In this document: positions 29,430 through 38,705 of the stretch, piece after piece
How the letters are laid out: each line of letters starts with the position of its first letter
Numbering within the stretch: position 1 is the stretch's first letter
Assembly: GCA_001774945.1 (NCBI GenBank)
Contig: MFBL01000008.1
Span: forward strand, 9,310 to 52,073
From: Candidatus Curtissbacteria bacterium RIFCSPHIGHO2_12_FULL_41_17
GTDB lineage: Bacteria; Patescibacteriota; Microgenomatia; Curtissbacterales; GWA2-41-24
Length of the DNA stretch: 42,764 nucleotides
Reading direction: 5' to 3'
Translations under genes and position numbers: made by a program
The notes under the pieces: generated by a model
Databases searched by the model: none
The model's input: the letters and a program-made list of their open reading frames with translations, nothing else
What the model was told of the DNA's origin: nothing

Positions 29430-30425
29430 ATGCTTGGCAGCTTTTTTAGACACTATCTAGAACTGCCCCAAAAGAACAAAAACATCGTTTGCTTGGGTGG
29501 CGGTGTAGGTACGGCCCAAATATTAAAAGGACTTAGGAAATTACCCTTTAATTTAACTGCAGTGGTTTCGATGGCAGACGATGGCGGATCCGCAGGAAGG
29601 TTAAGGAGGGCATTTTCCATCCCGCCTCCAGGAGATATAGTCAATTGTTTGGCCGCACTCTCGGATGAGGAATCAATCCTAAAAGAGCTATTTATTTACC
29701 GATTTTCAGGCCAAAGATACGGTAAGGATACTGATCTTGGAGGCCAAAAATTAGGAAATTTAATTTTTGTAGCTCTTTCCGACATTTATAAAGGAGATAC
29801 CAACAAGGCCTTAGAAGAATTTTCATTGATAATTTCTTCCAGGGGAAGAGTTTTGCCGGCAACTGCAGGTGATGTCAATATCTGGGCAAAAACTAAAAGC
29901 GGCAAAAAAATTGTGGGGGAAGAGAGTATAGATTTGGGTAAATATAACGGAAACCACACATTGGAAAAAGTTTTTCTAGATCCGCCTAACATAAAGGTAT
30001 ATAAGCCTACGAGTGATGCTATAAACAAAGCAGACCTGATAGTGATCGGGCCGGGTGATCTTTTTAGCACTATTTTGCCTGTTTTAATTGTTCCTGGAAT
30101 AAAGTCTTCATTGAAAAAATCAAAGGCAAAGAAGGTTTTTATTATTAATATTGCCAATAAACCCTACGAAACTCCCAACTTCAAAGTATCCGATTATATA
30201 AAGTCTGTTAAAAACCACTTGCAGGAAGACATTTTTGATACAATAATAATCAATATTAACCAAAAACCACAAATTCCCAAAAAACTAAAATATAAATATG
30301 TCCAAAATGACAAAGAAGTTCTAAACAACTTTAAAAGCCAAGTTATTGAGGGGGATTTTGTAGACGAGAAATATCCTCTTCATCACGATAGCCATAAAAT
30401 AGCCTATGCCATAAGCAGACTTTAA
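29430..30425 (+). CDS. yvcK: YvcK/UPF0052 family UDP-GlcNAc-binding protein
   Basis: VCLGGGVGT, MADDGGSAG, PPGDIVNCL, GNL, IGPGDLFSTILP and HDSHK motifs. Confidence 0.9.
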   Translation: MLGSFFRHYLELPQKNKNIVCLGGGVGTAQILKGLRKLPFNLTAVVSMADDGGSAGRLRRAFSIPPPGDIVNCLAALSDEESILKELFIYRFSGQRYGKDTDLGGQKLGNLIFVALSDIYKGDTNKALEEFSLIISSRGRVLPATAGDVNIWAKTKSGKKIVGEESIDLGKYNGNHTLEKVFLDPPNIKVYKPTSDAINKADLIVIGPGDLFSTILPVLIVPGIKSSLKKSKAKKVFIINIANKPYETPNFKVSDYIKSVKNHLQEDIFDTIIININQKPQIPKKLKYKYVQNDKEVLNNFKSQVIEGDFVDEKYPLHHDSHKIAYAISRL

Positions 30426-30643
30426 TGAAAATTATACTCATAGTTGCCCAGCTTATTGTTTCGATATCTCTAATAATTGTTATTTTATTGCAGTCAGAGG
30501 GCACAGGTTTGAGCACTGTCTTTGGAGGTTCCGGCTCATTTTACAGGTCAAAGAGGGGCATAGAAAAACTTTTTGTATTTATCACCATTTTTCTTGCCTC
30601 ATTATTTCTGGTTCTTTCAATACTGCAGGTAGTTATTAAATAG
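30425..30643 (+). CDS. secG: Preprotein translocase subunit SecG
   Basis: ILLQSEGTGLSTVFGGS...RGIEK between two TM helices. Confidence 0.92.
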   Translation: MKIILIVAQLIVSISLIIVILLQSEGTGLSTVFGGSGSFYRSKRGIEKLFVFITIFLASLFLVLSILQVVIK

Positions 30644-30649
30644 TTATTT

Positions 30650-32026
30650 ATGCAGTCAGCAAAAATTCTTACAAGGAGAATAAAGTTTTGGCGGCATATA
30701 TCTGGCGCTTATATCACAAGGTATAGGTTTTGGATTGTCACAATTGTACTTTTATCATTTTTAACATTCATAACTGTTAGCCAATTTTGGCATAAAATAT
30801 CCAGGCACAATCTAGTTTCAATCGGTTTTGTCGGTTCATATAATCTAGAGTCCCTACCAACAGAAGTCTTATCTCTGGCAACACAATCATTAATAAGAAG
30901 TGATAAGATGGGCAATCCTGTTGCCGCTCTTGCTTCACACTGGACAGTTGCAGATGACGGTAAAACTTACGTAATCTTCTTAAAGGATAATCTTAAATGG
31001 CACGACGAAACTCCCGTTGACGCCAAAGATATTTCTATTGCAATTTCTGGCGTTAATATTACGGCATTAAACAATAAAGCATTGGAGTTTAAATTGCCAA
31101 ATCCGATTTCATCATTTCCTCTGGCACTGGATAAACCTGTATTTAAAGCTAAAAGTTTCTACGGAACAGGAGTTTTTAGAATTGTAGATATTGACCAAAA
31201 AGAAAACATTGTTAAAAAAATCAGTCTTGTTTCCAAAGATAAAAGCTTACCTAGAGTCGATATTAAATTTTATCAGTCACAGGATCAAGCCACAGAGGCT
31301 TTAAAGATTGGGGAAATTAAAACTGCAAGGGTTACCAATGCAAAAGATTTGCAAAATTGGCCGAATTTAAATGTTGAAAAATATGTAGATAACTTGGAGA
31401 TTATTACCATTTTTTATAATACAAGCGACCCGCTTCTCGCATCTAAGGATTTTAGACAAGCCCTTGGTTATTCCATTAACAGATCAGAATTTGACGGGAT
31501 CCTGGCAACAAGTCCTCTATCACCTGACAGCTGGGCATATAACGACAGTGCAAAAAGATATGAATATAACCCGGGCAAGGCAAAGGGTTTGCTTACGAAA
31601 ACGGAAGGTGGTTCTAATAAAATTGCTTTAAGTGTCAGTCCCGGTTTAGAGCAGGTGGCAGAATCTATTAAAAAAGATTGGGAGTCAGTTGGTATTGAAA
31701 CTGTCTTAAAAAAGGAAAAAACCGTACCTTCCGATTTCCAGGTTCTTCTGGCTGTTAATAAATTGTCTGCGGATCCGGATCAATATGGCCTTTGGCATTC
31801 TACTCAGAAGGATACAAACATTACCGGATATAAAAACGTTAAAATTGATAAATTATTGGAAGATGCCAGAAATACACAAGATCAGGACAAAAGAAAAGAA
31901 TATTATTTTGATTTCCAGAAATTTTTAACAGAAGATGCACCGGCGGCGTTCTTATATCACCCTTACAGATATAAGATATCCTACGGCAATATCTCCTCTA
32001 TATTAGAAAGATTGCCTCAATATTGA
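30650..32026 (+). CDS. ABC transporter substrate-binding protein, family 5 (OppA-like)
   Basis: LASHWTVADDGKTY..LKDNLKWHD, FRQAL, LLEDAR and DAPAAFLY motifs. Confidence 0.85.
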   Translation: MQSAKILTRRIKFWRHISGAYITRYRFWIVTIVLLSFLTFITVSQFWHKISRHNLVSIGFVGSYNLESLPTEVLSLATQSLIRSDKMGNPVAALASHWTVADDGKTYVIFLKDNLKWHDETPVDAKDISIAISGVNITALNNKALEFKLPNPISSFPLALDKPVFKAKSFYGTGVFRIVDIDQKENIVKKISLVSKDKSLPRVDIKFYQSQDQATEALKIGEIKTARVTNAKDLQNWPNLNVEKYVDNLEIITIFYNTSDPLLASKDFRQALGYSINRSEFDGILATSPLSPDSWAYNDSAKRYEYNPGKAKGLLTKTEGGSNKIALSVSPGLEQVAESIKKDWESVGIETVLKKEKTVPSDFQVLLAVNKLSADPDQYGLWHSTQKDTNITGYKNVKIDKLLEDARNTQDQDKRKEYYFDFQKFLTEDAPAAFLYHPYRYKISYGNISSILERLPQY

Positions 32027-32054
32027 TTGATTAGCAAAGAGGAATCAAGCTGTG

Positions 32055-32128
32055 GGTGGTTGAGGGGATTTGAACCCCCGACCCTTCGCTCCACAAGCGA
32101 ATGCTCTAACCGCTGAGCTACAACCACC
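32055..32128 (-). tRNA. tRNA-His(GTG)
   Basis: Cloverleaf GGTGGTTGTAGCTCAG...TTCGC-TTGTGGA-GCGAA...GGTTCAAATCC; encoded G-1 opposite C73; CCA not encoded. Confidence 0.95.
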
Positions 32129-32129
32129 T

Positions 32130-32194
32130 CGTTTCACTCGGTGTAAACACCAAAGAAGCGTTCACGCTGAGTTCTGCATTCGCAGAACGAAACG
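32130..32194. repeat. Multi-branched hairpin cluster abutting the tRNA-His 5' end
   Basis: Outer CGTTTC/GAAACG stem enclosing GGTGTAAACACC, AGCGTTCACGCT and TTCTGCATTCGCAGAA hairpins. Confidence 0.65.
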
Positions 32195-32362
32195 CACTTG
32201 CACACCCAAAATTCGAACTCTCTTGAGTGCATAGTTCGCACATATGAAAAACTACAGGAAATTATACCAGAATTTGAGTACCAGTTTGCTTAAAATTAAT
32301 AAGGTAGGATTTAACAAAAGATATTTGTAAGCACATATATCTATACTGTACAATACTAACAA

Positions 32363-32788
32363 ATGGAAAATATAAAACTGAATTATCTACACCTTTGTGA
32401 CGCTGCTAGCGTAGATGCTCTAGGAAAAATAAATATATTAGGTATTTTTACTAAATTATTTCTAACTACGGTGCCAAGTAAATTTTTAAAATTTACTGCT
32501 GTCGGCAATATTTCTTTTAAGAATGTGTCTGAATCGCAAATAAAGATCGAGATCAAAATTTTTGATCCCAAAAAGAATGAGATTGAAATCAAACCAGCAA
32601 TTGTGCTAACAATATCTATTCCAGATACGAACAGAGGAAAAGAGGGAGATATAAATATCATCCTGGATTTGGGGAATATTGAATTTAAAGTTTTCGGCAA
32701 GCATAATTTGTCGGTTTATGTGAACGGGAAAGTAATTGACAGTAAATCTTTTATAGTTGAAGAAAGAAAAGGAGGAGAAAAAGTATGA
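32363..32788 (+). CDS. DUF6941-like hypothetical protein
   Basis: YLHLCDAASVDALGKINILGIF N-terminus and an all-beta pattern. Confidence 0.65.
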   Translation: MENIKLNYLHLCDAASVDALGKINILGIFTKLFLTTVPSKFLKFTAVGNISFKNVSESQIKIEIKIFDPKKNEIEIKPAIVLTISIPDTNRGKEGDINIILDLGNIEFKVFGKHNLSVYVNGKVIDSKSFIVEERKGGEKV

Positions 32789-33018
32789 CATTTATTTATT
32801 ATCCAACTGTATCGGCAGGTGATACAAAAGATCTTACGAAAATTTTAACAGCTATTGGTGCCGGTGTTAGTGGGGTGAAAGAAGGAGTTACCTCTGGCAA
32901 AGGAGTAGACACAGATTATTTGATAATTAAAGCTTCAGCGTCAGATATAGACTTAACAGAAGAGGAGACATACGACCTCATTGATGCAATAAGAACAGAT
33001 TTACCTATAAATCAATAG
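32785..33018 (+). CDS. Small acidic protein, putative antitoxin
   Basis: ATGA overlap with the upstream gene; lies directly before a PIN gene; acidic helical C-terminus. Confidence 0.55.
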   Translation: MTFIYYPTVSAGDTKDLTKILTAIGAGVSGVKEGVTSGKGVDTDYLIIKASASDIDLTEEETYDLIDAIRTDLPINQ

Positions 33019-33023
33019 AATGA

Positions 33024-33452
33024 ATGAGGGTTATTTTAGATGCGAACATTATCATTGGTTTTTTATTGACAAAAGGTTACATCATTTCTTCTATATTTGA
33101 TTACTGGGAGAACAATCGTTTTACTCTTTTAATCTCAAACGACATTTTAGATGAATACAGGTTTATTTTAGATAGATTAATTGAGTTAAAAATGATCGAC
33201 AAATATAAAGCCAACACTCTACTGAGAATAATTAACAAAAAAGCTGTCAAAATTAATGTGGCATCAAAATTCAACGCATCACCTGATCGAAAGGATAACC
33301 GTTACCTTGAATGTGGGAAGGATGGTAAGGCTAATTATTTAGTGACAAGGGACAAAGGAGATTTACTATTTATGAAAAATTTCAAATATACTAAGATTAT
33401 TAGCGCGAGTGAATTACTAGAAATACTTAAAGGTTTAGATTACACAGGTTAA
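33024..33452 (+). CDS. PIN_3 family putative toxin
   Basis: MRVILDANII, DILDEY, PDRKDNRYLECG and YLVTRD motifs. Confidence 0.88.
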   Translation: MRVILDANIIIGFLLTKGYIISSIFDYWENNRFTLLISNDILDEYRFILDRLIELKMIDKYKANTLLRIINKKAVKINVASKFNASPDRKDNRYLECGKDGKANYLVTRDKGDLLFMKNFKYTKIISASELLEILKGLDYTG

Positions 33453-33485
33453 ATTGAATAACCTATTCTCAAGACCAAAATTTTG

Positions 33486-33558
33486 CGCGCCTGGAGGGAT
33501 TCGAACCCCCAACCGATCGCTTAGAACGCGACTGCTCTATCCGTTGAGCTACAGGCGC
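33486..33558 (-). tRNA. tRNA-Arg(TCT)
   Basis: GCGCCTGTAGCTCAACGGATAGAGCA GTCGC-GTTCTAA-GCGAT ...GGTTCGAATCC CTCCAGGCGC G. Confidence 0.92.
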
Positions 33559-33564
33559 TTACAG

Positions 33565-33635
33565 AGCGGGTGAAGGGAATCGAACCCTCGTGTCCAGTTT
33601 GGAAAACTGGTGTTCTGCCATTGAACTACACCCGC
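33565..33635 (-). tRNA. tRNA-Gly(TCC)
   Basis: GCGGGTGTAGTTCAATGGCAGAACA CCAGT-TTTCCAA-ACTGG ...GGTTCGATTCC CTTCACCCGC T. Confidence 0.95.
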
Positions 33636-33706
33636 AAAGCCCTATTATTCTATCAAAAAGTGCTAGTCTCTTGAAGATGCAACCTGAATTTAGGTAACAT
33701 TAAACT

Positions 33707-34027
33707 ATGGAAGTAATTCAGAGTGTTGGAGGGATTGCATTTGGATTTTGGTTTTACAAAATATTCAGCCATCCTCTCAAGCTCAAGAAGAAAATCCCGA
33801 AAATTCGTTTTTTTAAAACCGTAGAAATCTTACCAAATCTTAGAATTCACCTTAAAAAACATATTCTTCACGTTCATCATTGGATTTTTTTAAGCGCTAT
33901 TTTTGCCCTGTTATTTATTATAACTTCCAGTTTTTCCCAGCTTTTACTAGTAAAAAGCCTTTGCCTTGGTGGAATTATTCAGGGATTTACCTTTAAAGAT
34001 CGTTTCACAATACTCACAAAAATTTAG
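33707..34027 (+). CDS. Small membrane protein, unknown function
   Basis: 106-aa ORF with hydrophobic segments and an HVHHW motif. Confidence 0.65.
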   Translation: MEVIQSVGGIAFGFWFYKIFSHPLKLKKKIPKIRFFKTVEILPNLRIHLKKHILHVHHWIFLSAIFALLFIITSSFSQLLLVKSLCLGGIIQGFTFKDRFTILTKI

Positions 34028-34791
34028 CCTTTGTATTCTATAGAAGCAATAACGGGTAAATGGTCAGAAACTGTTATATTTGGAACGGATAGTTTAACAA
34101 GATCAAAATGACTGGAAGTAAATATGTAATCGACCAAATAAGCTCTTGGTGCAATCTTGTGTATCTTGACGTTAGTTGTAGCAAGAATGCCGGAATCCAT
34201 CATTAGATTCCTTGCCACCCTATTGATATTACCAACAGTCTTGCTTTGAGGGATAGCATTTAGATCACCACCCATTATAAAAGGCTCCTTTAATGATTTT
34301 AGGTGATTTGAGACGATTTGCGATTGTCTTAGAGTCTCCACTGTATCGGTAGGTGGTGCCGTCCAAGCACCATGCCAACTCATTATGCGGAATTTCTCGC
34401 TACCGATTTGAACCGTAACGTCAAGCAAATGTCTCGGTAAGAATGGAAAAAATCGTGGATCATTTACCTGATCCTTCGTATATTTATTTTTCTCTTTCAA
34501 AAAAATTGCCTTGTTCGATAGGATTTTAAATTTACTAAATACTGCGTTTCCCATTGTTCCTTTCCCGTCGGAAAGCGTAATGTCAACAGAACATACGCCG
34601 TCATAACCCGTCTCTCTTTTTATATGCGCGAATAAGTCACTACCGATTTTAGCAAAATTAAGTTCACCGCTTGTTACTTCCTGCATAGAAATAAAGTCCG
34701 GATTCTCACTTTTCAAAAAATCCAAAAGGTCGTTTAAGTATTTGCCCTTGTAAATATTAATCTGAACAAACTTATACGTTTTACCTGTCAT
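34024..34791 (-). CDS. Endonuclease/exonuclease/phosphatase family protein
   Basis: QINI, SMQEV, GNAVFS, MGGDLNA, VDYIF and SDHLPV motifs. Confidence 0.88.
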   Translation of the reverse strand: MTGKTYKFVQINIYKGKYLNDLLDFLKSENPDFISMQEVTSGELNFAKIGSDLFAHIKRETGYDGVCSVDITLSDGKGTMGNAVFSKFKILSNKAIFLKEKNKYTKDQVNDPRFFPFLPRHLLDVTVQIGSEKFRIMSWHGAWTAPPTDTVETLRQSQIVSNHLKSLKEPFIMGGDLNAIPQSKTVGNINRVARNLMMDSGILATTNVKIHKIAPRAYLVDYIFTSSHFDLVKLSVPNITVSDHLPVIASIEYKG

Positions 34792-36143
34792 TTTTTTGAG
34801 AGTACAAATTCCCTAAATAAGTTTCCTCTTTCTTCGTAATTCTTAAAAAGCCCGAAGCTTGCGGCTCCGGGTGAAAGCAGACAAGTTTTGCCTTTGGGTG
34901 TATTCGCAAAGGCAATATCAACAGCCTCTTGCATAGAGTTTGCCTTAAATTTTCGAAAAGATCTACCTTTAATTTTAGCTGAAGCGATAATCGACCAAAT
35001 TTTCTCGCCTGTTGTCGGAAACAAGATCAAGTTCTGGATGTTTTGCAAAGCTATATATTTTCCAAGCTGTGTTAAATCCAGCCCTCTGTCATAACCACCA
35101 ATAATTAAGGTACCAACGTCAGGTGAAAGCCCCTCAAGGGCATTTATTACAGCCATTGGATTGGTGGCCTGCGAATCGTTGTAAAATTTTATGCCATTGA
35201 CATTGGCCACGAATTCTAACCTGTGGGGCAAACTCTTAAATTTTTTGACGATCTGTTTAATCTTAGCTGACGAAATTTTAAATAAGGAGGCAACACAAAC
35301 AACAGCCAAAACATTTTCGATATTTCCGGGCCCCAATAGGGGAATATCAGATCTTTCTAGAATGTGCTTCTTTCTATGGTCTTCCTTAAGAAAGACACTG
35401 TCTCCTCTGATAAAACATAAGCCTTTGTATTTTTCATCACTAGCAAAAGGAATCTTTTTGGCGAGGCTCATTTGTCCTAGCTTTGAGGAATTTGTATTTC
35501 CAGCGTTAAAGATGACAAAATCGCCAGTTTCCTGAAACTTAACGATATTACTTTTGGCAGAAAGGTACTGGCCGAAGGTCTTGTGACTATCCAGATGTTC
35601 CGGGTAAATCACATGGACTACAGCTACATGTGGACTGTACCTTAAATCTTCAAGCTGCTGGCTTGAAAGCTCGCAAACAAAAATTGTTTTCCTGTCTGCC
35701 CCCTTAAGATAATCAAGAGCAGGCCTACCGATATTGCCAACAAGTCTTACATCGTTAAGTTCACTGGCAAGAACATCTGCTATTAAAGAAGAAGTTGTAC
35801 TCTTTCCTTTGGTTCCGGTAACACCAACGATTACACCCGGACTAATTGAAAAAAAGATATTAGTTGCAGAAGTTACGATTTTTCCTGCTTTTGTAAAGTT
35901 TTTTAACTGGGGAAGGCTAGACGAAATTCCCGGAGATCTGATAAGTACATCATATTTTTCTATGTCCTCAAGGTAATCTTTTCCCAGATGCAGGTCAACA
36001 TTTTTATCAATAGGTTTAATTTTGGCAATGTCAGCAATGCCAATTTTTAAATTTGGATGGTGAGCTAAAAGAAATCTGTGAACACTTTGGCCTTCACGTC
36101 CGTAACCGACAATTAGAGCGGATTTGCCATTTATTTCCTCCAT
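34788..36143 (-). CDS. murD: UDP-MurNAc-L-Ala:glutamate ligase (MurD; possibly the L-Glu-adding MurD2 type)
   Basis: RSPGI, GVTGTKGKSTT, GNIG, CELSSQQL, HRLE, NDSQATN and LSPGAASF motifs. Confidence 0.93.
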   Translation of the reverse strand: MEEINGKSALIVGYGREGQSVHRFLLAHHPNLKIGIADIAKIKPIDKNVDLHLGKDYLEDIEKYDVLIRSPGISSSLPQLKNFTKAGKIVTSATNIFFSISPGVIVGVTGTKGKSTTSSLIADVLASELNDVRLVGNIGRPALDYLKGADRKTIFVCELSSQQLEDLRYSPHVAVVHVIYPEHLDSHKTFGQYLSAKSNIVKFQETGDFVIFNAGNTNSSKLGQMSLAKKIPFASDEKYKGLCFIRGDSVFLKEDHRKKHILERSDIPLLGPGNIENVLAVVCVASLFKISSAKIKQIVKKFKSLPHRLEFVANVNGIKFYNDSQATNPMAVINALEGLSPDVGTLIIGGYDRGLDLTQLGKYIALQNIQNLILFPTTGEKIWSIIASAKIKGRSFRKFKANSMQEAVDIAFANTPKGKTCLLSPGAASFGLFKNYEERGNLFREFVLSKK

Positions 36144-37462
36144 TAATTCATCTGCTTCCTTAAAAGATTTTGATAAGTTGCCGGTAAAAAATTAATTTTA
36201 TTCCACGAATTTAAAATATTACTATCCATTTTAACTCTGCCTTCTATTTTTTTCTTTAAATCCTTTTCCCCATATTGTTCAATTGCCAGTTTAGCAGCCA
36301 GTCTTGATTCGGCAATAGTCCCGACACAGTCAAAAGGCTTATTCGCAGTTACTCCAGTTAAAGTATTAATATGGTCGACGAGATGTTTGTTTCTGAAATA
36401 ATCCGATCCAAAAATTTTAATCAGTTGCCCGCGCGAAATAAACGGCGAAAGTGCAAGATAGGAAAAAGCACATTTGGCGCAATTTCCGCACCAAATATTT
36501 GCTTTTTGTCCGGCATTACAGCTTTTAAATACTCCAAAATACTTGGGGGATCTGGCAAAAATTTTAGTGACCTGCAGTTCATAAAGAGGCCTTAAGAAAC
36601 TGAAATAGTTAATCTGCGCACTAAGATATTTACTGCAATAATTCCTAAAAAGTTTTTCAAATCTTGTGCTTTTTGAATACTGATGGTTAACCTCCATGTC
36701 GTGATAGCGGATGTTTACTTCATCGGCGCTTCTTTCATTTGAAACAATAACATTTTGATAATTCAATAGTGCAGCGGCTAAAGTTCCCAGAAAAGCAAGG
36801 TACGCTGAAAATGGCGTATGTCCGTTTAAATATCCATGCGAATTTAAATCTAAAAGTTTTGGGTCGATTTCTCTTGTTGCTATAAGAAGTTTTGTATATC
36901 CTGCTAATTTTGCAATTTCTATTGCAGACCTTGTAGGATTAAGGAGAAATACTTCTCTTTTCTGTTTTGATTTTTTTAGCAGTTCTAAAGTTACAGCTGA
37001 ATCTATTCCACCTCCAACCAGAATCAAATCACCGTTTGGTTTTTTTAAATCCTGCTTTTTAAATCTTGTTTTTGATTCTAATTTAATCTTTAAAAAGTCT
37101 TTCGGCCTAAAATCAATTTTGTTCTGATAAAAAAATTCTCCGAGTCCGTGAATAAAAAGATCCCTCCACCAGCTTATTTGCTCAACCGTTAAAAATCCGG
37201 CTTTGATAACAAACTCTTTTGGGCAAGCAGCCTTCCAATAACTTATAGACTCTACAAGTCCCAAGTTAAAGGCGAAAACTTTAAGAGATTCTGCTGAAAT
37301 TTTTGTGTCGCATGGAATGGAAATTTTCGGCTTAAAGAATATATTGGGCTCAAGCTTAAACAAATATTGTACGTGAATTGTATTTTTACTTTTAGTTATA
37401 TCGAAAGACTCGTAAACAAACCGAGCGTGTTTTTTGCGAAGCTGTTTAAGTGTTAGTGGCAT
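36143..37462 (-). CDS. murL: UDP-MurNAc-L-Ala-L-Glu epimerase (MurL family)
   Basis: SYWKAACP, PP-loop GGGIDS, NGHTPFSA, SNERSA, NHQYSKS, WCGNCAKCAF and KPFDCVG motifs; abuts murD. Confidence 0.8.
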   Translation of the reverse strand: MPLTLKQLRKKHARFVYESFDITKSKNTIHVQYLFKLEPNIFFKPKISIPCDTKISAESLKVFAFNLGLVESISYWKAACPKEFVIKAGFLTVEQISWWRDLFIHGLGEFFYQNKIDFRPKDFLKIKLESKTRFKKQDLKKPNGDLILVGGGIDSAVTLELLKKSKQKREVFLLNPTRSAIEIAKLAGYTKLLIATREIDPKLLDLNSHGYLNGHTPFSAYLAFLGTLAAALLNYQNVIVSNERSADEVNIRYHDMEVNHQYSKSTRFEKLFRNYCSKYLSAQINYFSFLRPLYELQVTKIFARSPKYFGVFKSCNAGQKANIWCGNCAKCAFSYLALSPFISRGQLIKIFGSDYFRNKHLVDHINTLTGVTANKPFDCVGTIAESRLAAKLAIEQYGEKDLKKKIEGRVKMDSNILNSWNKINFLPATYQNLLRKQMN

Positions 37463-37468
37463 ATTTAT

Positions 37469-38602
37469 TTAGATGACTTCTCTGCGAATGGAAGAACTAA
37501 TTCGCACCAGAATATCGTAAGGGATGGTATTTGCGGTCTTTGCCAAATTAGAGATAGAGTTTGCATCCTTACTATTATTTGAAATGACAGTTACCTCATC
37601 GTCTTCTTTGGCACTGTCGACGTTTGTCAAGTCAATTCCTGTTATATTCATACTAACCATTCCAACTATTTTGCATTGTTTTCCATTGACTAAAACCACA
37701 CCTTTATTTGAAAGCCTTCTGTCAATAGCATCATTGTAGCCGAGAGGTAAAAGTCCTATTTTCAGCGGTTTTATAGCTTTAAATGTACCATTATAGCCAA
37801 CCTTTTCTCCGATAACCAAGTCCTTAATCTGAACTATTCTGCTCTTAAGGGAAAGTACCGGTTTTAATTTTACTTTTGTATTTTCTCCATTTATCCCGTA
37901 GAGAGCCAGTCCGACCCTTGCCAAATTGCTAACCTTCTCAAGACTGTTACTGTCTAAATTTAAAAGCGAGGAAGAAGAAGCGATATGACTCAATTTAAAA
38001 TTAATGGCGAATTTTTTAGCAAGGCTCAATGCTTTATTAAAATTTCTCAGCTGCAGCTTTACCGCTTCATCTTGACCGTTACCGGCCGATGCAAAATGAG
38101 ACATGATTCCCTCAACAGTTATGTCTGGGAAGTTTCTCAACTGTGTAAAAAATGCTTCAAGATCATTAATTTTAATCCCTAACCGATTCATTCCTGTATC
38201 GACCTTTATATGAACACCTGCTCCCTTTTGGTATTTATTTATTACCTCAAGAAGTTTTAGATCATACACTGCATACGAGAAAGGCAGTTTTTTAACCTTG
38301 AGATTTTCGGGATCTATGTATCCCATGATTAGTATTTTTGATTTGATTTTTGCCATATAAAGCTCATAGGCCTCATATAAACTGTCAACACAAATAAAAG
38401 GCGGTGCAAATTCGTCGACAATTTTTGCAATCGCTAAAAGTCCATGACCGTAAGCATTACTTTTCAAAACCGGCGCGATTTTAATTTTATTGCTGATTTT
38501 AGAAAGTTGAAGATAATTAGAAATCAGATTCTTTTTATTAATTTCCACGCGGTTTAGGGGATAATAGGTCCGACCCAAAAATTTACGGATTATATTGCGC
38601 AT
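37469..38602 (-). CDS. alr: Alanine racemase
   Basis: VLKSNAYGHG (PLP Lys), HIKVDTGMNRLG, SHFASA, VGYNG and IPYDIL motifs. Start placed at ATG 38602; GTG 38626 is the alternative. Confidence 0.92.
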   Translation of the reverse strand: MRNIIRKFLGRTYYPLNRVEINKKNLISNYLQLSKISNKIKIAPVLKSNAYGHGLLAIAKIVDEFAPPFICVDSLYEAYELYMAKIKSKILIMGYIDPENLKVKKLPFSYAVYDLKLLEVINKYQKGAGVHIKVDTGMNRLGIKINDLEAFFTQLRNFPDITVEGIMSHFASAGNGQDEAVKLQLRNFNKALSLAKKFAINFKLSHIASSSSLLNLDSNSLEKVSNLARVGLALYGINGENTKVKLKPVLSLKSRIVQIKDLVIGEKVGYNGTFKAIKPLKIGLLPLGYNDAIDRRLSNKGVVLVNGKQCKIVGMVSMNITGIDLTNVDSAKEDDEVTVISNNSKDANSISNLAKTANTIPYDILVRISSSIRREVI

Positions 38603-38632
38603 ACAAAGGTTGTTATATTTTCTCAAAAAAAC

Positions 38633-38692
38633 TTGACAAGTACAAAGTTAGGTTGTACTATTATCTCAGATCGCGTGAAAAGCGGTCTTTTT
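38633..38692 (+). promoter_or_regulatory. Promoter with an inverted-repeat operator and a 5'-UTR terminator-like hairpin
   Basis: TTGACA-N17-TACTAT; AGTACAA-N7-TTGTACT at 38639-38659; AGATCGC-GTGAAAA-GCGGTCT followed by TTTT. Confidence 0.6.
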
Positions 38693-38705
38693 GTAAGGAA
38701 AAAAT

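Noticed and set aside
32195-32240. Possible decayed tRNA-Arg att copy left of the PIN_3 cassette
   Set aside because: Only ATTCGAAC is shared and no T-stem can form; too weak to call.
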